Below, one piece after another: positions 1-7,167 of a stretch of 56,675 nt of DNA. Numbering within the stretch: the first letter of the stretch is position 1; every line of letters begins with the position of its first letter. The position numbers and the translations under genes are program-made. The notes beneath the pieces were generated by a model. That model was not told where the DNA came from. It saw only the letters and a program-made list of their open reading frames with translations, and did not search any database. Source of the stretch: a virus (Duplodnaviria > Caudoviricetes); the IMG/VR virus record IMGVR_UViG_3300044953_000632, positions 1-56,675 of that record; one strand, given 5' to 3'.

Positions 1-14
1 CCTAATAAGGTGAT

Positions 15-274
15 GCTAAAGGATACCCCCCTAGTTTAGGCTAGAGGGGTCCTGAGTGTTTTTAATGAACTAGCCACATCCACACTCAAAAAGTGCTAGT
101 CTTCCGACTCAGAGATTATCTTCCCTAAAGGATAGTCTTCTACATAAGTCCTCTTGGTATTTTATCTCCTTTAGCCATCCTAAAATGGCATGTCGAATAA
201 TTGTGTGTCTTCTTGACATCTCTTAAGAACCGCTTACGATTATTAGAGATGCCAAGTAAGAAAATAACAATCCT
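15..274 (-). ncRNA. Putative structured ncRNA, copy 1 of a tandem pair (probably truncated by the window edge)
   Basis: Shares ordered conserved blocks with 323-574. Predicted stems 212-223/245-256 and 68-77/93-101, and a loop 82-88 pairing with 53-59 (pseudoknot). Most non-Watson-Crick positions read as G-U on the minus strand. Confidence 0.6.
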
Positions 275-293
275 CCATTTCTAGATACCAAAT

Positions 294-574
294 GGTACCC
301 TTTAGGTGCACCGTTATGTGCAGCTAAAGGGTACCCCCTAGTTTAGGGTTTAGGCTAGGGGGGTCCTGAGTGTTTTTCTTTTAGACTATCCAACATTTAC
401 ACTCCAAATGATGGCAGTCTCTCGACCAGGATAGTCTTCTACCGTCGTAGTTGACATCCTTTTTCTCTTTAGCCACCCTAAAATGGCAATGTCAGGGCTG
501 TCGAGTGTCTTCTTGACATCTCTAATAACCGCTTACGATTATTAGAGATACCAAGTAAGAAAATAACAATCCTC
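294..574 (-). ncRNA. Putative structured ncRNA, copy 2
   Basis: Stems 512-528/539-555 and 383-398/405-420, loop 399-404 pairing with 368-373, and terminal hairpin 294-335. Starts immediately after the stop codon of ORF 575-973. Confidence 0.6.
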
Positions 575-973
575 TTACTTGACACCTGGGAGAATGAAAA
601 AGTACCTACAGGGTATTTCGCCTGTAGATACCGCGCTAACCCACAAATCAATATTACAATGATCAAAGTCGGGGTCAGATCCTTTGATCAAGGGAGATAC
701 CTTCATGAAACAGTTTATTAGCGGGTGTTTCACTTCCACTAAATCAACTTGAAGGATACTCTGGTTCCTCCATGTATAAACGGATATACATGAAACGCAG
801 CCTATAGAACTGTACAGTTCTACAGGAATACCTATGCTTATAACCCTATTTATACTCGCATAGTCGAGTTGAGGGGAAGAAATGTTTTTTAGGCACTTCT
901 TCCCCTCGGAGACAATGTACTTGTTACTGATGATCCTTCTGGTAGTCACGCCAGCAAGAATCGTCGCCCTCAA
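575..973 (-). CDS. Hypothetical protein
   Basis: 132-aa ORF co-oriented with and overlapping the upstream gene; start uncertain. Confidence 0.5.
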   Translation of the reverse strand: MRATILAGVTTRRIISNKYIVSEGKKCLKNISSPQLDYASINRVISIGIPVELYSSIGCVSCISVYTWRNQSILQVDLVEVKHPLINCFMKVSPLIKGSDPDFDHCNIDLWVSAVSTGEIPCRYFFILPGVK

Positions 974-1313
974 ACGGGGAATCTCCCATCAACCGGGGGT
1001 CGATAGGAGTGTTTGGCGTATTGGAGGCGTTTGCTTCTCCCAAACCCATGATCTGATTCAGAGAGGGATCTGAATTTTGTATCATAGGTTTGAACTTCTG
1101 CTGCAACTTCCTCATTTCCTCGTGAGCTGCAGCGTACGAAACTGTTTTCCAGAATCCGGCTTTAGTTTTCACTATTCCGGACGCCCAATTGCAGAACCGG
1201 AGGATGACCTGTGCATCCTCGGACATGGCATCATCAAGGCTGTTGTTGTCATGAGTGTACCATGCGTTCTTAAAGAGCGACAACGTCACGAACTTAGGTG
1301 GCGTTACATTCAC
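924..1313 (-). CDS. Hypothetical protein
   Basis: 129-aa ORF whose start overlaps the lysozyme stop by 4 bp. Confidence 0.65.
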   Translation of the reverse strand: MNVTPPKFVTLSLFKNAWYTHDNNSLDDAMSEDAQVILRFCNWASGIVKTKAGFWKTVSYAAAHEEMRKLQQKFKPMIQNSDPSLNQIMGLGEANASNTPNTPIDPRLMGDSPFEGDDSCWRDYQKDHQ

Positions 1314-1702
1314 TTGAGCTCCCTTCTGACCTTGGCCCAGTAGGCCTCGGTCTTCTTGTTAAGGTGACCCCTGGGACCACCATTGTGTATACGTGCGTAC
1401 ACTTCATTTGAGACCCCCTTGGGAGCGTAGCGTTTCATGTAGGCTCGTACGATCTTGCAAGAGTACTCTGGGTTGTAGCAGTCGGCGTATGTGCCGCCGA
1501 TGCTCTTGTCGTATTCAACAGCATCCCTCCAGTATCCGTAATGGATTTGGTAGGGACCAATCGCTCGACCATTGTCTCCAACGGCTTTGTCGTTGCCGCT
1601 AGATTCTACTTGACGAATTGCCGCAAGCAGCTCATCTGATTGGCCGTACGACGGCGGGCAGAACAGAAGGCTGGCGACCATGATGCACACAAGCTTTTTC
1701 AT
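1310..1702 (-). CDS. Lysozyme-fold muramidase (i-type/destabilase-like) with N-terminal signal peptide; candidate endolysin
   Basis: AIRQVESSG (catalytic Glu), GPYQIHYGYW and ARIHNGGP motifs. Start moved to 1702 (MKKLVCIMVASLLFCPPSYG) because an AGGAGA RBS precedes it. Confidence 0.8.
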   Translation of the reverse strand: MKKLVCIMVASLLFCPPSYGQSDELLAAIRQVESSGNDKAVGDNGRAIGPYQIHYGYWRDAVEYDKSIGGTYADCYNPEYSCKIVRAYMKRYAPKGVSNEVYARIHNGGPRGHLNKKTEAYWAKVRRELK

Positions 1703-1850
1703 ACCATTGTCTCCTATGTTAAAGCAGCTGCAAACCAGGAGGAACGCCCTCATGGTTAAACCTGGATCTTATGCTCCTTAAGATCTAAGATTTAGAGAAA
1801 GATGAAGACAACCCTCGGAGTTTAACCTGGCGAGAAGGGCTGTTTGGGGG

Positions 1851-1881
1851 ATGTAATACTGACCTTAGACCAGTATTACAT
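1851..1881. other. Intergenic hairpin
   Basis: Perfect 11-bp stem ATGTAATACTG/CAGTATTACAT upstream of the lysozyme operon. Confidence 0.5.
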
Positions 1882-1907
1882 AATACTAACTTATTACATG
1901 GTTAATT

Positions 1908-2129
1908 TTAGTATATATCGTCATCGTCGTCATCGTCGTTTTCCTCTATTTCGACGATGAAATTTGGCGACTTTTTATTAGTTTTTTTGGCAGTATAGCA
2001 TTGTTCACCAATTATGCTCAAGTTATTTGAGAAATTAAGCTGAGCTTTTTCGTAGTCTTTCTTGGTTATATATGTAGATACTATTATGTCGACGTACGAA
2101 AAGTTGTTTTCTTTTTTTCGTCTGCCCAT
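1908..2129 (-). CDS. Small hypothetical protein (basic N-terminus, acidic C-terminus)
   Basis: 73-aa ORF with an AGGT element upstream; ends in a poly-Asp tail. Confidence 0.6.
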   Translation of the reverse strand: MGRRKKENNFSYVDIIVSTYITKKDYEKAQLNFSNNLSIIGEQCYTAKKTNKKSPNFIVEIEENDDDDDDDIY

Positions 2130-2202
2130 AACTACCTTTAATATCTAACTTTAAAGCTCTTACGAACTCTATAAACTATTGTAACCAACATTCGCACTTT
2201 AT

Positions 2203-2871
2203 TTAGCTGCCTAAATTCATCGTTTCAATAAGCGGATTTTTGTCAATTACGATTCCGCATGACACTATTGGCTTCTTAAGGAAGGCCTGACTGTATTTCA
2301 TGAATATATGATTCCTATCTACTCCGCAACCTACATTCATTCCCCACACTTTTGCCGTTGGTCCCGCCTGATACCATATGCCGCAAGCGGAATGGTAGTG
2401 CCCTATTACTGTGGACTGCATTCTCATCTTGGCTGCTGCAAAGGCTGGATGTTGCCCTCCCCCCACCCCTTCTCCGTGATAATAGTAGATTCCGTCTATC
2501 TCAACATTTTCCTTCCATTTCCATTTAGGGGTGTTATAAAGATTGTTAAATTCCTTCAGATATATTTTCGGAATTCCCATCTTTGCGTTTAGACGCATGA
2601 CCCTCATGTCGTGATTTCCAATCGTTATATCCAATTCTGGAAAAGCTTTGTATAGTTTTTGCACCTGATCATAGGCTTGTTCAAACTCTTGCTTTGCCCC
2701 GGGATTGTCGGGGTGTTTGTCGTGGAACGATATGCAGTGATGGTCTAGGACATCTCCAATATGTACGAACCTGTCTATTTTCCATTTTTTAGCGGTGTTT
2801 TGCAAAAAAGAGATGTAGTTTTTGTGCATGGCGGGAACGTGAGTGTCTCCAATAACAAGTACTCTGCTCAT
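2203..2871 (-). CDS. Calcineurin-like metallophosphoesterase
   Basis: GDTH, GDVLD, GNHD, YHG and GHYH motifs. Start set at MSRVLV after a GGAG RBS. Confidence 0.85.
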   Translation of the reverse strand: MSRVLVIGDTHVPAMHKNYISFLQNTAKKWKIDRFVHIGDVLDHHCISFHDKHPDNPGAKQEFEQAYDQVQKLYKAFPELDITIGNHDMRVMRLNAKMGIPKIYLKEFNNLYNTPKWKWKENVEIDGIYYYHGEGVGGGQHPAFAAAKMRMQSTVIGHYHSACGIWYQAGPTAKVWGMNVGCGVDRNHIFMKYSQAFLKKPIVSCGIVIDKNPLIETMNLGS

Positions 2872-2973
2872 AGGGTCTCCTGGGGCTGTAAGTGCAGACG
2901 TTGACAGCTTAAGGACCATCACTTACGGTTGTCAAGTTGGTATGTATATTGATCGACATTATTTGCCATAGCT

Positions 2974-3007
2974 AAAAAAACCTGAGTACGTCGGAGTACT
3001 CAGGTTT
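2974..3007 (-). terminator. Intrinsic terminator of cassette 1
   Basis: ACCTGAGTAC/GTACTCAGGT stem followed by a T-run on the minus strand; identical core at 4161-4193. Confidence 0.8.
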
Positions 3008-3097
3008 GCAGCTAGAAGAAGAAACACTCAGGGAGCAAAGAAGGAAGAGTGCAACTTCTTTTCTTCCTCACTTCCCCCATGTGTAGTCCTTGTAGTC

Positions 3098-4039
3098 CTA
3101 CCATGGCACAACCTTGCACCAATCCAGGAGCCGCTTCGCTGCATACTTGCCAATAACGCCCTCGATTCGTTCAACTTCTCCCCCTATGTCCTTAAAGGGC
3201 ATATGTCCCTTATTACATAAAGGGCATAGTATGCTCCCTTTTGGAACATTTTGCAAGGGGGAATGAGAAGAAAGCAAGCCAAAAATGGCAAGAGAAAAAT
3301 CCGCCGCCTCCTGAGAAGAACCTTCAACCGGCGCACCCCACGAGACGACGGTGCCGTTCGCCAGCCGGGCAGCTGTGCGAAAACGGCACGCCGCGACCCG
3401 CACCACACCAGTCAGATCTTCTGGCACATCCGTTTGGCCGTGGTCGTTCCACCCCCATGCAACGATGGTGCCGTCCGACTTGAGCGCAACTGTGTGGTGA
3501 ACGCCAGCCGCGACTTGCACCACGCCCATCAGGCCTTTTGGCACATCCGTTTGGCCGTTAATGCCCCACCCCCACGCCACAACAGTACCGTTCGACCTCA
3601 ACGCAACTATGTGGTAAGCGCCCGCCACGACTTGCACCACGCCCGTCAGGCCTTTTGGCACATCCGTTTGGCTGCTTCCGCTGTTCCCCCACACGACGAC
3701 GGTGCCGTCCGACTTGAGCGCAACTGTGTGTGCATAGCCCGTCGCGACTTGCACTACGCCCGTCAGGCCTTTTGGCACATCCGTTTGGCCGTTCTCGTTG
3801 TACCCCCACGCGACGACTGTGCCGTCCGACTTGAGAGCAACTGTGTGGCCCCAGCCAGCCGCGACTTGCACCACGCCCGTCAGGCCTTTTGGCACATCTA
3901 TCGCAACATCTCTTTGGCGGGCGTTGTTGTACCCCCACACCACAACAGTACCATCCGACTTGAGCGCAACTATGTATCCACGGCCCGGCTCAACTTGCAA
4001 AATACCTGTGGAATCGACGAGTTCGCTAGATGCTTCCAT
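3098..4039 (-). CDS. RCC1/BLIP-II-like beta-propeller repeat protein with C-terminal CxxC tail
   Basis: About six 39-aa repeats (VxQVAAGxxHTVALKSDGTVVxWGxxxxGQT), AGGAGA RBS, and C-terminal CPLC. Confidence 0.85.
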   Translation of the reverse strand: MEASSELVDSTGILQVEPGRGYIVALKSDGTVVVWGYNNARQRDVAIDVPKGLTGVVQVAAGWGHTVALKSDGTVVAWGYNENGQTDVPKGLTGVVQVATGYAHTVALKSDGTVVVWGNSGSSQTDVPKGLTGVVQVVAGAYHIVALRSNGTVVAWGWGINGQTDVPKGLMGVVQVAAGVHHTVALKSDGTIVAWGWNDHGQTDVPEDLTGVVRVAACRFRTAARLANGTVVSWGAPVEGSSQEAADFSLAIFGLLSSHSPLQNVPKGSILCPLCNKGHMPFKDIGGEVERIEGVIGKYAAKRLLDWCKVVPW

Positions 4040-4113
4040 TGGTCTCCTTCGAGGGGTTATATTGTTTTGGCTATTCGGCAGAGTTGCCGAAATACCTATA
4101 ACTCCTCTTCTAT

Positions 4114-4142
4114 ATAGTGACTCAATATGAGGCTATTTTTAG
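4114..4142 (-). promoter_or_regulatory. Cassette promoter CTAAAA-N17-CACTAT
   Basis: Same architecture as six other sites in the window. Confidence 0.6.
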
Positions 4143-4160
4143 TCTAATTATTTAATAGCT

Positions 4161-4193
4161 AAAAAAAACCTGAGTACGTCGGAGTACTCAGGT
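4161..4193 (-). terminator. Intrinsic terminator of cassette 2
   Basis: Same hairpin and T-run as 2974-3007. Confidence 0.8.
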
Positions 4194-4221
4194 CTGAGCA
4201 CGCCGGGCTGGGCGTACTCAG

Positions 4222-4788
4222 TTAGTTCGCGGGGACTCTTCCCCACGCAACAACGGTGCCGTCCTGCTTCCAGGCAACTGTGTGCTCCTCGCCCGCTGAG
4301 ACTTCCACCACGCCCGTCAGATCTTCTGGCACAGTGGTTTGGCCCCAGCCGTTGTCCCCCCAACATACGACGGTGCCGTCCGACTTGAGCGCAACTGTGT
4401 GTAACTCGCCCGCCGCGACTTGCACAACGTCCGTCAGGCCTTTTGGCACACTCGTTTGGCCCCTGCCGTTCCCGCCCCACTCAACAACGGTGCCGTCCGA
4501 CTTGAGCGCAACTGTGTGTACATAGCCCGCCGCGACTTGCACAACGTCCGTCAGGCCTTTTGGCACATCCGTTTGGCCGCAGCCGTTCCACCCCCACACC
4601 ACAACAGTACCATCCGACTTCACAGCAACTGTGTGTGCTTCGCCCGCCGCGACTTGCACCACACCAGTCAGATCTTCTGGCACAGTGGTTTGGCCACTGC
4701 CGTTCCCGCCCCACTCAACAACGGTGCCGTCCGACTTGAGCGCAACTGTGTGGCAACTGGGATCCCACTTAAATGTCTTCACAAGCAT
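4222..4788 (-). CDS. RCC1-like repeat protein (about 4.5 repeats)
   Basis: Same 39-aa repeats. Start moved to MLVKTF because the longer ORF runs through the leader hairpin and promoter. Confidence 0.8.
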   Translation of the reverse strand: MLVKTFKWDPSCHTVALKSDGTVVEWGGNGSGQTTVPEDLTGVVQVAAGEAHTVAVKSDGTVVVWGWNGCGQTDVPKGLTDVVQVAAGYVHTVALKSDGTVVEWGGNGRGQTSVPKGLTDVVQVAAGELHTVALKSDGTVVCWGDNGWGQTTVPEDLTGVVEVSAGEEHTVAWKQDGTVVAWGRVPAN

Positions 4789-4865
4789 TTGTGTTCTCTT
4801 TCTGAGGTCTATATTGTTTTGGCAGTCCGACAACGTTGTCGGAATACCTATAGGACCTCCATGCA

Positions 4866-4894
4866 CTTATATCACAATATAAGGCTATTTTTAG
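4866..4894 (-). promoter_or_regulatory. Cassette promoter CTAAAA-N17-TATAAG with extended TG
   Basis: Repeated motif with 17-bp spacer. Confidence 0.7.
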
Positions 4895-4912
4895 TCTAAT
4901 TATTTAATAGCT

Positions 4913-4953
4913 AAAAAAGATCTTAGTGTGTCTGGCCCGACACACTAAGATCT
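4913..4953 (-). terminator. Intrinsic terminator of cassette 3
   Basis: Perfect 15-bp stem AGATCTTAGTGTGTC/GACACACTAAGATCT followed by a T-run on the minus strand. Confidence 0.8.
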
Positions 4954-5038
4954 GAAATAACCCTAGCGTTTTGCCGGTGCAGCCGTTGGCTCCCCTTGCA
5001 AATTAGAACGATAGGGTCTTTACTTGCTTCTCTGACAC

Positions 5039-5980
5039 TCAGCGATTCCACCACCAGCTGAAAAACTGACCCCAGCTGGGATTGGCAAATGACTCAAGCT
5101 CACGCTCGTCATTTATTCGCTCGCTTTGGATGACCTCCACGACTTCTGCACAGCGAGGCTCCCCCTTGCTAGCGAAGGACTCGATGACGCCCTCGTACTC
5201 GGGAAGATGAAGAGTTTCCTGATCGAGAACATGCTTGGTAAAGATACTACCAAGTCTAGAGACCTTGGAGGTCTTCAAGCGCTTCAATTCAGGCATGTCT
5301 TCACTTTCCAAATCAGCATATGCCGCCACCATGGTTTTGCCAAAATGGGGTACCATTTTGACTCCAGCATCCGTTGCCTCCGTGTAAAGAGTTGAATAGT
5401 CCTCACCGGAGTATAGGGGAACGAGCTCGGTCAGGATCTGGCTAGTGCTGATTTGAGCTTTTTGGCGTTCCTGCGTCTTCAGAAGACGACGGTCAACCTG
5501 TATCGCTGCCAAGTTTGCAGATTTGATCCGATCTGACAAACTTTGTGGAACCTTCGACTTGAGTCCATCCTTGTCCGAACGTATCTCGTCCTTGAGTTTA
5601 GGCGAAAGGAGCCAATCGAGATCGTGATCTGCAGGATCGCGCCAGACGATGTCATCTGATCCGAAGTTGTGATGGCGCGTTCGGAAGATGTTGAGATTCT
5701 GAATTGAGTCTCCCAATATGACTAGGAGGGTTTTGTTCTCGTCGACCGAAAGGAGCCAATCGAGATCGTGATCTGCAGGATCGCGCCAGAGGAGCGATCC
5801 GGTTGGAACCTCAGTAGCCGGAGCCGGGGCCTGGGCCTGAGTAGTGGAGATCTTGCTGTCTTGCGCCGCTACGGTAATAGGGGCAACGAGCATAGAAATC
5901 ACGAATGGGCCCACGAAACCGACAAAACAACCAACAACAAAAGTTACGGTGTGCGTGAAGATGCCTCTGATAACTGACAT
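5039..5980 (-). CDS. Membrane-anchored or exported hypothetical protein with a duplicated 14-aa motif
   Basis: Hydrophobic N-terminus; WRDPADHDLDWLLS occurs twice. True start MSVIRG follows AGGAGA. Confidence 0.75.
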   Translation of the reverse strand: MSVIRGIFTHTVTFVVGCFVGFVGPFVISMLVAPITVAAQDSKISTTQAQAPAPATEVPTGSLLWRDPADHDLDWLLSVDENKTLLVILGDSIQNLNIFRTRHHNFGSDDIVWRDPADHDLDWLLSPKLKDEIRSDKDGLKSKVPQSLSDRIKSANLAAIQVDRRLLKTQERQKAQISTSQILTELVPLYSGEDYSTLYTEATDAGVKMVPHFGKTMVAAYADLESEDMPELKRLKTSKVSRLGSIFTKHVLDQETLHLPEYEGVIESFASKGEPRCAEVVEVIQSERINDERELESFANPSWGQFFSWWWNR

Positions 5981-6075
5981 GGTCACTGTCTCCTTCTGAA
6001 TGTGTTTATTAAACACATTCGAATGTGCTTTTAGGCATTCTGGAACACCCAGAATACCTATAGGCGGGTTATGTA

Positions 6076-6104
6076 TTTATATCACAATATAGAGTCTTTT
6101 TTAA
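6076..6104 (-). promoter_or_regulatory. Cassette promoter TTAAAA-N17-TATAAA with extended TG
   Basis: Repeated motif; identical at 6837-6865. Confidence 0.7.
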
Positions 6105-6127
6105 CCTCATGGATACGTACAATATCT

Positions 6128-6160
6128 AAAAAAAACCCGGGCGCCTTATTAGGGCACCCG
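6128..6160 (-). terminator. Intrinsic terminator of cassette 4
   Basis: GC-rich stem CGGGCGCC/GGCACCCG followed by a T-run on the minus strand. Confidence 0.7.
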
Positions 6161-6198
6161 AGTCGGAACAATAAGCGTTTGGAGTCGTCGTAACTGGC

Positions 6199-6741
6199 TC
6201 AGACTTCAGCCTTTTCGGCTTTTGCCCTGGGATGCCTGTTAGCCGGTGCCACAGGCGTTGAAACGGCATCTGCCAAATCCTTCTCTGATGGTGGCAGCTG
6301 AACAGCAGTAATTGGAGCAGAGGTCTCCTCAAACTTGGGATCAACCCCATTCCAATACTGTTTCAGCGTTTCCCGTTTGCTTAAGAAGAACGGGGTAAAT
6401 GAGAGCACCAAGAAGAGGCCGGCTGCCAAGGCAAGCAGAATGCCATTCCGCATGAACACACCAGCGGTCCAACTTCCAACGGTCGAAGTCGCGGCATTAG
6501 CAGCAGCATTAGCAGCGTATGTGGCCTGCTGAGTAGCGAAAGCGGCAGCCTCATCGAGGCCCCAAGAAAACGGATTGTACCACCGTTCCCCACTATCAAG
6601 GATAGGGGGGATAGTGAGGCTGCTCGGTACGACAGGAGTACCCATCGTAAGAACAGTAGCCTGATGAGCTGCCCAAATCAGCAGCATGGGCAGACCGACG
6701 GCGAGTAACGACGCCCACACGAACAAAAGAACCTTCTTCAT
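6199..6741 (-). CDS. Membrane protein with two hydrophobic segments
   Basis: MKKVLLFVWASLLAVGLPMLLIWA and ILLALAAGLFLVLSF segments; AGGAGA RBS. Confidence 0.75.
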   Translation of the reverse strand: MKKVLLFVWASLLAVGLPMLLIWAAHQATVLTMGTPVVPSSLTIPPILDSGERWYNPFSWGLDEAAAFATQQATYAANAAANAATSTVGSWTAGVFMRNGILLALAAGLFLVLSFTPFFLSKRETLKQYWNGVDPKFEETSAPITAVQLPPSEKDLADAVSTPVAPANRHPRAKAEKAEV

Positions 6742-6836
6742 TGTCACTGTCTCCTTCTGAATGTGTTTATTAAACACATTCGAATGTGCTTTTAGGCATT
6801 CTGGAACACCCAGAATACCTATAGGCGGGTTATGTA

Positions 6837-6865
6837 TTTATATCACAATATAGAGTCTTTTTTAA
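6837..6865 (-). promoter_or_regulatory. Cassette promoter TTAAAA-N17-TATAAA
   Basis: Repeated motif. Confidence 0.7.
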
Positions 6866-6888
6866 CCTCATGGATACGTACAGTATCT

Positions 6889-6919
6889 AAAAAAAACCGG
6901 GCGCCTTATTAGGGCGCCC
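6889..6919 (-). terminator. Intrinsic terminator of cassette 5
   Basis: GGGCGCC/GGCGCCC stem followed by a T-run on the minus strand. Confidence 0.7.
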
Positions 6920-6932
6920 AGGGCTTTACCCT

Positions 6933-7007
6933 TTAGTTGCCGTTTTCGAAAAAGGCGCCCCAGGGTAGGTTCATGAGGCAGATAAGGAAGATTATCAGCA
7001 AGAACAT
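6933..7007 (-). CDS. Unannotated 24-aa hydrophobic peptide MFLLIIFLICLMNLPWGAFFENGN
   Basis: AGGAGA RBS at the same spacing as in neighbouring cassettes, with its own promoter, leader hairpin and terminator. Confidence 0.65.
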   Translation of the reverse strand: MFLLIIFLICLMNLPWGAFFENGN

Positions 7008-7080
7008 TGTCGTTGTCTCCTTCTGAATGTGCTTTTAGGCATTCTGGAACACCCAGAATACCTATAAGCCGGTGTATGCA

Positions 7081-7109
7081 TTAATACCACGCTTTGATCC
7101 CTATTTTAG
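7081..7109 (-). promoter_or_regulatory. Cassette promoter CTAAAA-N17-TATTAA with extended TG
   Basis: Repeated motif. Confidence 0.65.
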
Positions 7110-7167
7110 GGCATCAAGGGACTACCTTGGTAAGAAGCCCCCTATTCCTTTGCAGCACGAGGGTCTT

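Larger units (their letters stand above)
3335..4750. repeat. Near-identical ~117-bp tandem coding repeats shared by both RCC1 genes
   Basis: Recurring DNA blocks such as GGTGCCGTCCGACTTGAGCGCAACTGTGTG and CGTCAGGCCTTTTGGCACATCCGTTTGGC. Confidence 0.9.
5982..6919. repeat. ~178-bp near-identical direct repeats (5982-6159 and 6743-6919), with a partial third copy at ~7014-7070
   Basis: Direct comparison; each unit contains terminator, promoter, leader hairpins and RBS. Confidence 0.9.

Noticed and set aside
1-574. CRISPR array or group I intron
   Set aside because: Units are ~300 bp with several conserved blocks rather than short repeat-spacer units. GACUA/UAGUC pairing resembles P7, but the rest of the intron core and an interrupted gene are not evident.
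3098-4788. Diversity-generating retroelement acting on the RCC1 repeats
   Set aside because: No reverse transcriptase or non-coding template repeat in the window, and the differences are not clearly limited to adenine positions of one template.
3184-4899. Long alternative-frame and antisense ORFs over the RCC1 genes (e.g. 3251-4117 +)
   Set aside because: Shadows of GC-rich in-frame repeats, with no RBS or promoter support.
5981-6777. Shared N-terminus MFNKHIQKETVT in two ORF-track proteins
   Set aside because: This is translated leader repeat; the AGGAGA RBS places the true starts at 5980 and 6741.
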